DNA from: Stegostoma tigrinum
Taxonomy: Eukaryota
NCBI RefSeq assembly: GCF_030684315.1
Contig: NC_081382.1
Location: 20,956,367-21,020,366, forward strand
DNA: 64,000 bases
Direction of reading: 5' to 3'
The notes under the pieces are model-generated. The model did not search any database. It was not told the DNA's origin and saw only the letters and a list, made by a program, of their open reading frames with translations. The translations under genes were made by a program, and so were the position numbers. Each line of letters begins with the position of its first letter. Position 1 is the stretch's first letter. Shown here in pieces: positions 39,059 to 52,092 of the stretch.

Positions 39059-39199
39059 AAATAAAAACCAAAAGAACTGCGGATGCTGTAAATCAGGAAC
39101 AAAAACAAAGTTTCTGGAAAAGCTCACCAGGCCTGGCAGCATCTGTGAAGGAGAAAACAGAGTTAACGTTTTAGGTCCAGTGACCCTTCCTCAGAACTC
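39059..39199 (-). mobile_element. Solo PLE family B 3' end
   Basis: 14-bp TSD CTGCTCTTAATCTT / CTGCTGTTAATCTT at 39045-39058 and 39200-39213. The 5' boundary coincides with the start of hammerhead stem I. Confidence 0.85.
39160..39199 (-). ncRNA. Family B type-I hammerhead motif (GAAA mutated to AAAA)
   Basis: Minus strand: GAGTT-CTGAGGA-A-GGGTC(ACTG)GACCT-AAAA-CGTT-AACTC. Stem I is GAGTT/AACTC, with an AACGTT palindrome. Confidence 0.65.
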
Positions 39200-39450
39200 C
39201 TGCTGTTAATCTTCTCTACTGAAGTGGAAATCCTTCAAATATTTCAAGTCCCTTGTTAAAATTTACTGATCACTGTTGCCATGCTTGTGTGGTACGTAAG
39301 CACTGGGATAGACCAGTTGGTCTAAATGGCCTGCTTCTCTGCTGTAAATTCAAAGTAATCTGTGTTACGTATTTTCTCTGCCTTAACAGTTCTTTTCTGC
39401 CACCCAAATCTCTACAGTATTTTAACTAAAGCTAACCAGTATTTTCTACA

Positions 39451-39747
39451 TGGCACAGTGGCTCAGTGGTTAGTACTACTGCCTGAAAGTGCCAGAGATC
39501 CAGATCTTGATTCCACCCTCAGGTGACTGTGTGGAGTTTGCACGGGTTTCCTCCAGAAGCTCTGGTTTCCTCCCACAACCCAAAGATGTGCAAGTTAGGT
39601 GGATTGGCCATGCTAAACTGCCCATAATTTTGAGGGTCCTGTCAATTAGGTGGGTTATAGGGGGATGGGTCTGGGATGGATGATCTGAGAGTCAGTGTGC
39701 ATTTGTTGGGCTGAAGAGCCTGTTTCCACATTATAGGGATTCTATGA
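39451..39747 (+). mobile_element. HE1-like SINE
   Basis: TGGCTCAGTGG A-box, degenerate B-box, CCCAAAGATGTGCAAGTTAGG core, GGATTCTATG tail. Confidence 0.85.
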
Positions 39748-42654
39748 TGTTTTTATTCATTCATTTCTTTCACTCTGTGACAATAGTTATAAAACTCAAA
39801 ATGCAGTTTATTTTCTTTTAATGATTTTTCAATTTTTTTTTGAAATGATTGGTCATTTTATATTGTGCTCTAGGCCTCCGTTCATCCACATCTTTCCATT
39901 GTGTGCAACATTCTCTTAGCTTCTTTTCAAAAAGGTTTTAATTTAGACTTCTGCACACCAAGTTGCTTCTACTGCCTGTTTGCCTATCCACAACTTGACA
40001 TCTTCTTCCCAAGAACTTTTACACTCTTTGTCCCTACTTGTCAAACATGATCTTTCTGTGTCATCAGAAGTTTGTGTTCTTAAAACTTAATTCATATCTT
40101 CTAGATACTGAATTATAGCCTTTATTGTAACAGTCGTTCATTCTAACACCTAGTTTCTGTCCATCATGAAATGTTTCCTGCAGTGCTATTTCTTTGAACA
40201 TGCACCAATGAGTTTCAAACAAATAAGGCTCCTTTATCAAATGCCTTGTGAAAAATACTTCATCCACTCCAGTACCTTTATCTAACTAATCAATCACATC
40301 ATCAAAAAACAGTACTATGTCTATAAATTTCCTTTCTATGTCCATTTGAGAATTTGTTGGGAAAGTGTAACTACACAATGGAATTTCCTTGTAACCTCTG
40401 GAAACCAACATAAAGAAAATGTCATGAAGCAATACCTCACGATAACAATAAGTGTCAGTTCTGCACAGTTTGTGTTTGTTAATGAGAACACAGCATGTTA
40501 TGCTGTAAACCTATTCACTATTGTAGTCTTAGAATGACTATGTGCCAAATAAAGTAGAAATCAAATCCGTTCTTTCAGTTTCAAAGCTGTTGACAATTGA
40601 ACTCATTACCTGAACTGTGTAAAACAAAGGCTCACATAGTTCCGTTTTACCCAAAAGATCTTGGTCTCAATGTCTTTTAGAGCAAAGTCTATTTGTAGCA
40701 TTTATTGAGTAAAGGTAAATAAGCCACAGCAAAATCTGTTTTGTGCTACATTTAAATCGCAGATACTTATCCTGTTTGATTTTGTGCTGCACTGTTAGAG
40801 ACATTTTGTGTGCAATTTTCCATGAATATGTCTCAGAATTGTTTTATGATTGCTCCATAATAGTAACAAGCTAATCTAATGAATGAGTTCGTCATATCAC
40901 CTGGATATGACGGTGTTGACATATTTGCTTTCCTGGAATAAGCTTCTGACTCATTCAGTGCTGAAACCACAGCACCCAGTATAAACAGATGGCAAGAATC
41001 TACCTTTTAAAACATCACACATGGACAGAAAATAATACATTATTTACATGTTAATCTGGATAATGAATGAATCATGCATCATATTTACAATCCCTAAAAA
41101 TGATCAACAATCAAAGCAGTCTGTTGAATAACACAGTTTTCTTTGATTCTAAGTAATGCTGTGTTTACGTGTCTGGGTCATGAGATAACCAGAATTATCT
41201 TTTGGTAACAGATCCTGTTGCAGTCTTTCACATCTATGTTTAAAGGTTCTTATTAAAATTTAACCTTTTGAAGTTCATTTTATTTCAGGTTTATTACCTT
41301 TTATTTTATATTCCAAGATAAAGCTTGCATTTATTCAACAATGCCTGAGGGTATTCCATAACACTTTTTAAAAAAGCATTTTGAAGGGAAGCGACTGTTG
41401 CAATCCAGGAAATGTGGGATTTCTCTATGACTTGCTGTGCCCTTTTCAGAATGGATGGAAGATTGTAAGATTCTGAGCAATTAACGCTTTAAGCATCATT
41501 AAATAGATAAATGGACAAGGCTTATAACTTGTTTCTACCCCACAAGTAAGCAACTGCACAACATTAAATGCAACTAAATGAGAAGCAAGACAATGAGATA
41601 TTGCTATTATGAAATAAATGGTGCAGCATTGCTGACAGTAATTTTTGGATTTTTGTGTTTAGCCCCCTTAAATTCCCTGAAATGTAATTTGGAAACACTG
41701 CAATCATGGTGAACACTATTAGCCTCACTGTCAGTATGGCAATTAATTGTGGTTCAATATCAATAATTACAAGAATCTGCTAGTTAGAGCAGAATTACAT
41801 TTTAAAACTCTCTTTGGTTATCCTTTTATGGTGAAGAAAATGTTAAAAGCTTTCTGATGCATCTCAGACTTTGGCTACATTTGAAGCATTTCTGAGCCAA
41901 GACAATTTAATCACCTTCAGGCAAACCTGGAGACTATAAATGCCACAGTAAAGATTACAGTTTGAGTAATCATTGACATGTTCTCCCAATTTTTGAAAAG
42001 CACATCTAATTTTTTTTCTTGACAAAAGCTTAATACCACAAGTTGTGTTTAAACTTTTCAAATGAAAATGTCCACGTTAAAACTTTGTAAACATAATTTA
42101 CCTTCATCTTTGCGTTGGACAAGAGTTGATCCACTACAGGAATTTCTCATTTGCAAAATGTAAACCATCCAATGTAAAGTTCTTGCTTTTGCATCACCTG
42201 TACTGTTTACGCTGTATGAGTAAGACCAAATCCTGGAGTATGGGGTGTAGTTTATTTTTCAGCTGGAATACATATGATGTGCTGAATGGCTTCCTTCTGT
42301 TCAATAACTTTTCTATGACTCTATAAGTAGTGAATCTTTATATTGCAGCTAGAACATGTTAATAATTCATTCCAGAAGTACAGTCTAATGAGAAACAGAA
42401 TAATTACTGATACACAGAATAAAGCTCACAAGAAAACAATTTCTACAAGAAACAAAACCGACACTAAAGGCTTGCATTGACTTACATGAAGAACATAAAC
42501 TGATAGTAAAACATCTGAAAGATGTACCTAGTGATGTTCAATGTGGAAACTGACGAAGTAAATCCTGATGTGAAAATTTATAAGAATGTGAACTCAAACA
42601 AATGGTGTATCTCACTGTTTAAATGATAAGCATGCAATGGATTAAAAACAGCAT

Positions 42655-42797
42655 GTTGCTGTTACTTGGATCTTGCTGTGTGTAAATTTGCTGCCACGTT
42701 TCCCACAGTAGCTGCACTGCAAAACCATTTCATTGGCTGCAAAATGTTTCAGGAAGTTCTGGGGTTAGGAAACGTCCTAGAAATGCAAACTTTCTTT
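42655..42797 (+). mobile_element. DeuSINE-like 3' tail fragment
   Basis: CTTGCTGTGTGTAAATTTGCTGCCACGTTTCC...AAATGCAAACTTTC is homologous to the reverse complement of 63295-63438. Confidence 0.5.
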
Positions 42798-43689
42798 CTA
42801 ACTCACTTGTATAGCATTGCAGGCTCCAAAATCATGCTTACCATGAATCTAACATGGACTGCCAGGAAGAAGAATGGCTGGTCAATCACTAGTCTCTAAT
42901 GAATGGAGACGAACCGATGTGCACAAAGATGTCAAAGATACACTGACCAAAATTATAATGCTATTCTCCAAGAAGCCCACTAAATAGCCTTTGCCCTCAT
43001 TGTCAATTCTACAGGTAGAAGTCACACACCCACACTATCACTATGAAATGTTGAATAAATATTCTGAGAGGAATTTCAAAAATAAATTAGCACTTTTTAA
43101 GTTGAAGACAACTCAAAGCCAAATGATCAAAATGAGTGTTGGGGACAGAACTAACAGCATTCATAAATGAGCTAGAAATGATTCAATTTATGTCACATTC
43201 AGGTTGTCAAGTGTACTTCAGTGCACAGCCAGCCTTGAGATCCCAAATTAAAAGCAGCAAAGTGATTCTCCTGCGCCAGATGGCATCCCTGTTTGTTTTC
43301 ACATTCCTGACACTGTGCCTGTTAGAGCAGCATTAGATGCTAAAGCTGGAGCTCTTCTGTCTCCAGATGTGAAGGTCAGTGAGTGTCTGCCCTGAGTTTA
43401 TTACTTTTACCAACTGCGGATTTAAACAGCAGGAATGTTGATTTTTTTTTAAAAGGTGGAGGAATTCAAAGTCCCAGCAGCTTCATTAATCAGGGTTTAA
43501 ACATAAACAGGCAGAAACTTCATGCCCAAGGCAGGATTCCAAAATCACTGACGTGTCATTCAGCTCAAAAATCTGATCGTTCTGCCAAATGGAGGGTATA
43601 GCCAGAAAATAATTTACAACCGCTCACTATCTCAGAGCATTGTGGAAATATCTCTGTGTCATAAATTTCTATATGTTTTAAAGTGATGT

Positions 43690-43910
43690 GCAAGCAAAAC
43701 AAGGGTGATGTGAGAAGATTTTTTTTCCCTTAGCAAATTTTTAGACTATGGAATGCATTGCCTGGAAATGTAATGGAAACAGGTTCAAGTGAGGCATTCA
43801 AGAGGGCATTAGATATTTTATTGATTGTATCGGTGTACAGGAATATGGGGAAACAGCAGGAGATTAGAATGAGGTAGACTGGCCTCCATCTGCATCATAA
43901 TAATTCTGTG
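43690..43910 (+). mobile_element. Old CR1 3' fragment
   Basis: TGGAATGCATTGCCTGG (WNALP) and GCATTCAAGAGGGCATTAGAT. Confidence 0.65.
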
Positions 43911-43919
43911 ATTGAGAAA

Positions 43920-44160
43920 GTGTGCGTGTGTGTGTGTGTGTGTGGGTGTGTGTGTGTGTGTGTCTGTGTGTCTGTGTGTGTACGTGTTTGTGTGAGTATG
44001 TGTGTGCATGAGTGTGTACGTGGGTGGGTACATGGGTGGGTGTATGTGTGTGTATAGGTGTGTGGGTGTGGATGTGTGTATGTATGCACATGTGTGTGGG
44101 AGATGGAGAGAGAACGTCTGTTAGTATGTCTGTAGGTTGTGTCTGTGAGTGCGTGTTTGT
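43920..44160. repeat. Imperfect (GT)n microsatellite
   Basis: Directly visible GT/CA dinucleotide run. Confidence 0.95.
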
Positions 44161-44164
44161 GGTA

Positions 44165-44735
44165 TGTCAGTCATCTCAGCTCCCGGACATCTCTACAGGA
44201 GTTTGTCAGGGTAGTGTTTAGGCCCAACCATCTTCTGCTTCATTGCTGACTTTCCCCCCATCATAAGATCAGCAGTGGAGGTGTTCACTGATGATTGCAC
44301 AATGTTCAGCACCATTTGTAATTCCTCAGATACTGAAGTGCCCAGATACAATCACTGAATCCCCCACTATCAACATCCTGGGAGTTATTGTTGATCAGAA
44401 ACTCATCTGGACTCACCACATACATGTAGTGGCTACAAGAGCAGGTCAGAGGCTAGGAATACTGCAGCGAGTAACTCACCTCCCGACTCCCCAAAACCTG
44501 TTCAACATCTACAAGGCACAAGTCAGGAGCATGATGTAATATGCCTGGAGGAGTACAGCCCCAACAACATTCAAGAAACTTGACACCATCCAGGACAAAG
44601 CAGCCCTCTTAATCGGCACTGCATCCACAAGCATCCACTCCCTCCACCACCGACCCTCAGTAGCAGCAGTGTGTGCTACCTACAAGACGCTCTGCAGAAA
44701 TTCACCAAAGATCCTCAGACAGCACTTTCTAAGCC
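44165..44735 (+). mobile_element. LINE family X fragment
   Basis: GTCAGTCATCTCAGCTCC...; ORF ILGVIVDQKLIWTHHI...YKAQVRSMM. Confidence 0.85.
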
Positions 44736-44869
44736 CAATTTTGGCAGTAGCCCTTAGATGCTAGTGAGGAAGACTTTGCACAGTTGACAGGGCTGTTTCT
44801 GCCGTTGTCTTTTCCGGTGCCTAGGTTGATCACTGGTGATGCATCCAATTTCATTTCCTTGCGACTTTG

Positions 44870-45200
44870 TCATGATTAGTACAACTGAATAACTTGCCAG
44901 GCCATTTCAGAGGGCAGTTGAGAGTCAACCACATTGCTGTGGGTCTGCAGTCACATGTAGGCCAGACCAGGTGAGGGTGGCAGCTTTCCTTCCCTGAGGG
45001 ACATTAGTAAACCAGATGGGTTTTTCCAACAATCGGCAATGATTTCATGGCCATCATTAGATTCTTAATTCCAGATTATCTTTTAACTGAATTCAAATTG
45101 CAGCATCTACCATGATGGGATCAAACCGGGGTTCCCAGAACATTATCTGGGTCTTTGTGGATTAATAGTCTAGCGATAATACCAATGGGCCATCACTTTT
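44870..45200 (-). mobile_element. SINE family 2 copy
   Basis: GAGTCAACCACATTGCTGTGGGTCTGCAGTCACATGTAGG... matches 26640-26925. Confidence 0.75.
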
Positions 45201-45254
45201 CTCTTAATAATTAACCCATAGTGTAAGAGGCACAAATGAACACAGTAGACATAT

Positions 45255-46210
45255 AATATGCAGGTGCAGAATTAGGTTATTGGCCCATTGATTCTGCTCT
45301 GTCATTCAACTATATGTTTCTCAACTCCATTCTTCTGTCTTTTCCCAATAAATCTTTAGCCCAAATTCAGCAGTATATCTCTGCTTTTGTGTTCTAGCTC
45401 TCTTGAAATGAATGCTAACATTGCCTTCTTAACTGCTAACTGAACTTGGATTCTTAGGTCAGAGATAATGGGAACTGCAGATGCTGGAGAATCCGAGATA
45501 ACAAGGTGTGAAGCTGGATGAACACAGCAGGCCAAACAGCATCTTAGGAGCACAAAAGCTGATGTTTCGGGTCTAATACAACTGAGACAAAATCACAATT
45601 TCATCAGGTTTGATGAAGGGTCTAGACCCAAAACGTCAGCTTTTGTGCTCCTAAGATGCTGCTTGGCCTGCTGTGTTCATCCAGCTTCACACTTTGTTAT
45701 CTCGGATTCCTAGGTCGCTTTGTTCTTCAGATTTCTAAAGCTTTTCCCCATTTTGAATATAGACTACACCTCTGTTCTTCCCACTAAAGTGCACAGCCTC
45801 ACACTTTCCCACATTGTATTCCATCTGCCACTTCATTGCCCTCTGTCCTAGATTGTCCGAGTCCTTCTGCAGCCTCCCAACTTCATCAACATGACTTGAT
45901 CCTCCACTTTGTGTTATTTGCAAATTTAGCAACAATGCCCTTAGTTCCTTTGACCAGGTCATTAATTTGTAACATGAATAGTTGTGTTCCCAACACAGAC
46001 CTTGCAGAACTCCCCTAGTCACAGGCTACCATCCTGAAAACAAAAACTCTCATCCCCGCTCTCTGCAAACTGTCAGTCAGCCAATCCTTGATCTATACCA
46101 GTAGCTCGCCTCGAACATCATGGACTCTTTTCTTATTTAGCAGCCTCCTGAGTGGCACCTTGTCAAACGCCTTCTGGAAATCCAGATAAATTTGTTTCAC
46201 TGGCTCACTG
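45255..46210 (-). mobile_element. CR1 LINE fragment interrupted by a mini PLE
   Basis: Minus ORFs give KWQMEYNVGKCEAVHF and MLAFISRELE. Confidence 0.85.
45461..45700. mobile_element. Mini PLE family A fold-back with captured genomic DNA at its centre
   Basis: Inverted arms. Flank duplication CTTGGATTCTTAGGTC / CTCGGATTCCTAGGTC. Centre 45572-45597 matches 46915-46940. Confidence 0.9.
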
Positions 46211-47624
46211 CTTCCCCATTACTTTGTCCTTCCTGGGTGTCCTTGTAGAATAAATGAAGTCTCTAGAAGTTTTATGATTGGAAGACTATAAATACTCCAA
46301 ACATCCCATTCATTAAACTTGAAAAAACAAGCTAAAGATGGCAGAAAGAGTTCAAAAAATAACTTCTGTAGGATTGCCTTCTTTAACAAGCTTTCTGTCA
46401 AAGAAAAAAAGCACTACCATGTTTTCATTACATTCTTTGTTGATGTTTTCCCAAGGTTTTTGTTATGCTGTCATGAATGTTTGTCCGAGTTTCAAAAGTT
46501 ACAGTTAATACAGTATGGTGTTCCAGGTACACAATTTTATTAATAGTTTAAAACAGCTATTAAATGATTAGCTGTCATTAATGTTGTGTTAAAGTGGAAC
46601 TGTGTTTGTATATAACAATATTACCCATTTGAGATTGAATGTGTTACATGAATAGAAACTGTATTCATTGTCCAGTATGTGGGAGCACGAGCTTTGTTTG
46701 ATTGTTAAAATGTTACATTTGTTATTGCTTCTTCATGGCTGCTGAGCCTGCCTTCTGGGTGTGCTTCTATGCAAGGTATGAGGAGGCTTGTGAATGTTGG
46801 GGATCTTGAGTTGGCATGGAAGCAGCATAGGGCAACTGAGTGAGATGGTAGGTTGTGCGAGTTAGGGGCTTAGCATGTGCGGTGGGGTGTTGTAGAGAGA
46901 TAAGCCTAAGGGCTTCTAATACAACTGGGACAAAATCACAGAGATTTAAGATGTGTCTTCTAACTAGACAGCCTCAAAACTTGCCCTTGCCTGTGGCTGT
47001 CTAGGTTCTGGGTTTGGCAGGCACAATGAAATCCCAACTCCACCCTCCCCAATTGCAAATTGAGTCTGAATGCCCGTAAAATGTCAGACAGGTCTCCCAA
47101 GTTAGGGAATTTCTCAAATCAAGCTGCCAGTCTTGGTAGCAAACATTCAGCCATAGTTCTACAGGCAGTTTCTCTGACAGTCCTTATGTGGGCCACTAAA
47201 AAAAAGTGTGTTTGTAAAAAGAAATATTGAGTATCGGCTGCAGAATGTCGACCAGCATAAAGAATTTTCTAGATCACAGAGCAAGTACATTTTTACAGTT
47301 GTCCTTTGTCTCCCCTCCCTGGGACATGAAGAGGAAAACAAATAATGATTCCTGCTCCTCTTGGCCCACAGAAAGCCATTTTTATAAGCAGGCTATAAAA
47401 ACAAAAGGCTGTTGTTGCCCATTCAGGGTGGGGGGGTTGATCCAAGTCATCTGGTGAAAATTCAAAATGCATCCAGAGCTTTCGGTCTTATTATTTCCAA
47501 AACTCACACCAATGTTAACAATTTCCTTTTACATGGCACCTTTTCCATTTGGTAAAGCATCCCAAGGGGCTTCACAAAAACTAAACGTGTGGTCTAACTG
47601 TAAAAGTCTTCAGTCAGTAGGTGA

Positions 47625-47837
47625 AAGAACTGCGGATGCTGTAAATCAGGAACGAAAGCAAAATTGCTGGAAAAGCTCAGCAGGTCTGGCAGCATCTGTG
47701 AAAGAAAAAACAGAGTCAAAGTTTCAGGCCTGGTGATCCTTCCTCAGAACTAGTCCGGACACGAAACGTTAACTCTGTTTTTTCCTTCACAGATGCTGCC
47801 GGACCTGCTGAACTTTTCCAGCAATTTTGTTTTTGTT
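47625..47837. mobile_element. Mini PLE family B fold-back
   Basis: AAAGAACTGCGGATGCTG...CCTTCCTCAGAAC followed by inverted GAAACGTTAACTC...CAGATGCTGCC...TTTTGTT. Weak ~10-bp TSD. Confidence 0.85.
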
Positions 47838-48707
47838 GTTGGTGAAAAATGTTACTGTAGCCACTTAAGGCGACATTTATATTTTTTATGCCTATGTGTC
47901 TTGGTCCACCTCCTGTAGTGTAACTGTCTGACTGGTAAACTGATTGCATGTCCACTACGCCAGTTTAAAATCTAAGTTAAATTGGAGTTTTGGGTGTCCA
48001 AAACAACAGGTCATGAATGTAGGTTGTTTTTGAGGAATCTGGTCAAAAAAATAGGAGAAACCTCATTTGTTAGGGAGTAATAAGATTACGGGCATTGCTT
48101 CTGTATTGAATAGTTGTAGTGCAAAGGGAAAGTTGAATAACTAGAAGGACATGTTAATGGAGTTAGGTGAAGTGAAATGGAAAATGGCCTGTATGGAGAC
48201 CAAATGACCTCTGAGCTATATAGCTCTAAAATATACAAACAAATATACATCCTGCATGAATAAGAAGCAAGAGTCAAGAAAAATGTAAGAACTTTTGGCG
48301 GAAACATACACTACATTTAGGGCCTTTTATGAGCTTCTCAGAATATATTATCAACCTTTAGAGTAAAGATATTTATGTATTTAGTATATGCTAATAGAGA
48401 ATGATTTTCAAGTTAGATGTCTCCGTGAATTATGAGGAACTTCACCTGAGTTGAGGAAGGAGAGCATCTCTAATTCTCACTGAGACAGAAATATCTATCA
48501 GAGCTTGGAATACAAAAAGATTCGTCATATGTCTGTCAATGATGCATCCTTTTTTAGATAGTCTTTTAGATTCTCAGAAATGAATGCAGAAGTATGTCCT
48601 CAATCTTTTCTACAACATTCCAATATGCTTTAAAGGAAATTTCTTGACTTAGAGGTATCAAATCTCAATCATAGTTGTTACAAACCACTTTTCAAAGTTT
48701 TACAAGT

Positions 48708-49138
48708 CTGGATAAACACAGCAGGCCAAGCAGCATCAGAGGAGCAGGAAAATTTGATGTTTCGGGCCTAGACCCTTCATCAGAGAGGGGGATGGGGAGA
48801 GGGTTCTGAAATAAATAGGGAGAGAGGGGGAGGCAGATCGAAGATGCATAGAGGAGAAGATAGGTGGAGAGGTAGGGAGGGGATAGGTCAGTCCGGGGAG
48901 GACGGACAGGCCAAGGGGGCAGGATGAGGATAGTAGGTAGGAAACGGAGGTGCGGCTTGAGGTGGGAGGAGGGGATAGGTGAGCGGAAGAACAGGTTAGG
49001 GAGGCGGGGACAAGCTGGGCTGGTTTTGTGATGCAGAGGGGGAGGGGACGAGCTGGGCTCACCTATAGTCTCCTCTCCACCTATCTTCTCCTCTATTCAT
49101 CTTCGGACCAGCCCAGCTCGAACCCTCCCCCCACTGCA
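48708..49138. mobile_element. Rearranged PLE family A fragment
   Basis: Minus arm 48708-~49059 with hammerhead motif and G-rich UTR, followed by two short plus-strand pieces out of order. Confidence 0.8.
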
Positions 49139-49514
49139 AAATGTAGTTATCGTAAGGATCAGAAGAGAACTTTTGAAATGCATTAAACATTTCCTCGGGG
49201 TAAACAGAAATTCGTTGACAATGTTTCTCTGCAGGTGTAAATGGCTCTTTCTATCTCATCTAAAATCTGAAAGAATGAGAGTCATTCAAGTTTATGACTG
49301 AGACAGTTAAATGGGTAGTGACCTCAGCTCAAAGATAATGAATAGGTCTGTGCTCCAGATGTGGACTAACCCAATGGTTAATGTGGAAGAATGATCAAGT
49401 ACAAAAGTTCTGGTAGGGGAGGCTGTTGTATGCAGAGATTTCAGTGGAACTCAGTGACATCACTCCTGCCACCACTTTCAGGTGGAAACCATGGGCAACA
49501 TATGAAAGTGGAAT

Positions 49515-49610
49515 AACAAAGTGTAGAGCTGGATGAGCACATCAAGCCTGTGTTCATTTAGTTCTCCACCTTGTTATCTCAGATTCTCCAGTATCTGCAG
49601 TTCCTACTAT
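49515..49610. mobile_element. Mini PLE family A fold-back (old)
   Basis: Short inverted arm plus tail. 16-bp TSD CATATGAAAGTGGAAT / CATGTGGAAGTGGAAT. Confidence 0.75.
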
Positions 49611-51218
49611 CATGTGGAAGTGGAATTTTCTTTCTGACACTAGCAGTTACAGAGGATGTCCTTCCTGGTCTCCTAAAAGGAATTCGGGCAGGTTTCAAGT
49701 CTTGTGCCAGCAAAACCAACGCAGAAAAGGGGCTTTTTTTTCAGTTCATGAAGCTCCTCTAAGTGGCCCATCCACCTACAAATGTACACTCTGCATACTT
49801 GTCTACAGAGGCCTTCGCAGTTTTGCAATTGATGATCTTATCATCTTCACAAAGAGAACATTCAAACAAAACAGGCCTGCATAAACATTAGAGAGTGATC
49901 TCCTTTTCATCTTTATCTGTAACTTGCATCTTTTCTTACTTGAAATCTTCATATTTTATCCAATAATGACCCACAGCTCATGGACTGCAGCACTTTAAGA
50001 AGATAGCTGATCCACCTTCTCAAGGGCAACCAGGGATGGGCAATAAGTGCTGGCCAGTCAGAAACACCCATGTACAATAGTGGATAAAAACAAATTTACC
50101 ATTTCTAACTGAAGTAATTTGCAGGAATAGTTGTGTAAATAACATTTCATTGAAATATAAATCTACATATTTTTAAAATCAAATGTTACAGAAACATTAA
50201 AGTTAATAAGGGGTTACATATAAGTTTATATTTTTTTCAGTTAATGGGCCATTCAGAAGAAACATCTGATTTGTGGCTGTGACACCAAAACCAGTTTGAA
50301 AAGAAGTGGAGCAAGAACTGGGATTATGCCAATTGCTTGGAATTGCTTTGTTGTTGAACAAAGTTCATTAAAGACTTCAACACCTTTTGTCACTAAATCT
50401 TTTTAAAAACCCTTAGTTCTAAATAAAAAGAAATTAGATTGTTAATTTCACCTTTGCGTTATTCCTTTTTAAAAGCTGCCCATTGAAAAGTGACACTGAT
50501 TTAATGCAATGGGTCAGTGAGATTATCCATTGAACAATTCAGCTGCAGAGACTACGAAAGGTTTAAAAAGTTTGATCATGTTATTTAGACTGCAAAACTT
50601 CAATTGTTTAATAATCATTCCAGGAGAATAACCATCCACTATATTGAACATTGTTTAGTTCAGATGCATGAAGTTTGTCTTGCATGGTGTTTAAGTTGCT
50701 TTTTTCAAACACTCACATTTCAGTGTCTTCTAGATTTCCTAGATTGAAACGTACAGGACCACAATAAGAGTCTTTATTTACTACTTTGCTGCAAACACTT
50801 TAAAATGTTGCTTTTTATTCTGCTGCAAGCATGAAAATACAATCTTTACAGATTTAAATTCACGGCTTTTAAAAAAAATTCCAAATGCCTCGTCCTTTTT
50901 TGGCCTGAAGTCAGTAGTAAAGATAACTTATTCCCATGGCAAGGAGAGAAAGCTTTACATTATAAACATCAGGTTCTAATTAAATTCAAAACAAGCATTG
51001 AAGCTGGCAAAAAAGAGAGGGAAATACTGAGCATTACAGCTTAATTTATCCTTGTGCTGGCCTGTGAACTGAAGTGCTTGAATGGAACAATTTGTGTCAG
51101 AAATTACCATCACAAAAGTTGCATTAACAGAGAAACAATAAGCAAGAGGCTTGGACAGTGGAGGAAGTGAGGCCAAGTTTTAGATTACTTTTCTTAAATG
51201 AAAGCAGAAATCAAGGCA

Positions 51219-51310
51219 GATGAAGGGTGTAAACCAAAATGTCGACTTTCCTGCTCATCTGTTGCTGTCTGACCTGCTGTGTTCCTCCAACTCCACACTG
51301 TATTGACTTG
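51219..51310 (+). mobile_element. Diverged PLE family A-related solo end
   Basis: GATGAAGGGTGTAAACCAAAATGTCGACTTTCCTGCTC...CTCCACAC, starting at a decayed hammerhead core. Confidence 0.6.
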
Positions 51311-51545
51311 AACAAAATCAAATGTTTGGATGCTATAAACATTGAAATACTTTCTACTATCCCATAATGGTCAATCCTAATCTCCACTGAAATGTTGTCA
51401 AAAACTGTAAAATGTCCAGAATACATGGGCATTTTTCATATTGCACAAATAAAAAAAACAAAGCTAAACATACTCTCCCAAACAGAACTATCAATAATAC
51501 AAAATCATCCATTACTGTGGCAAGTTAGCTGTAAATAGATATTGT

Positions 51546-52092
51546 AACCAGGATTTTGCAGGGCAGCGGTCACACTGTCTACTGGCAAGAAAGTTGGCAA
51601 CAATCTCACCCTGGACAGCAAATGGGAGATTCAATCTGAATTTTAAGTAATTAACTGCCTGCTATCAGAGCAATGATCCCCTTAAGGGGACGATTCCAAT
51701 CCTAACAGGGGCTGGCCATCACACCGTCAGAAACTCTTCAATTCTAGCAATACCATTCGAAGGAACGGCTATTCCTGTGACCAGAACTAGGAAGATCCAG
51801 GGTCACCTCTGTGGGCCTTAGGATGCTTTAGCATCATGCTCCCACCGGACGTCTGCAAGAAGGTTTATCTGGAGTTCAGCCAAGTGGTGTAGGACACTCC
51901 CTTTCCACCACCGGGTAAATATCTGCAATGGTAGGAAAACAACCTTAAGTCTCCTTCAGTTGGCCATTAAGGGGACATAACTGGTGTCTAGACAATGGGG
52001 CCATCTGCCACCTCTTCCACTACTGACATCCCAATATTCTATCCATGTCCCTGCCTCTCAGCAAGCTACCTGAGGTCCTGTAAAATCCAGTT
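51546..52092. mobile_element. Putative non-autonomous Harbinger-like TIR element
   Basis: Ends AACCAGGATTTTGCAGG / CCTGTAAAATCCAGTT are imperfect inverted repeats, similar to those of 20646-21281. Confidence 0.45.

Noticed and set aside
43818-44221. His/Thr-rich and Cys/Val-rich ORFs
   Set aside because: Translations of the (GT)n microsatellite.
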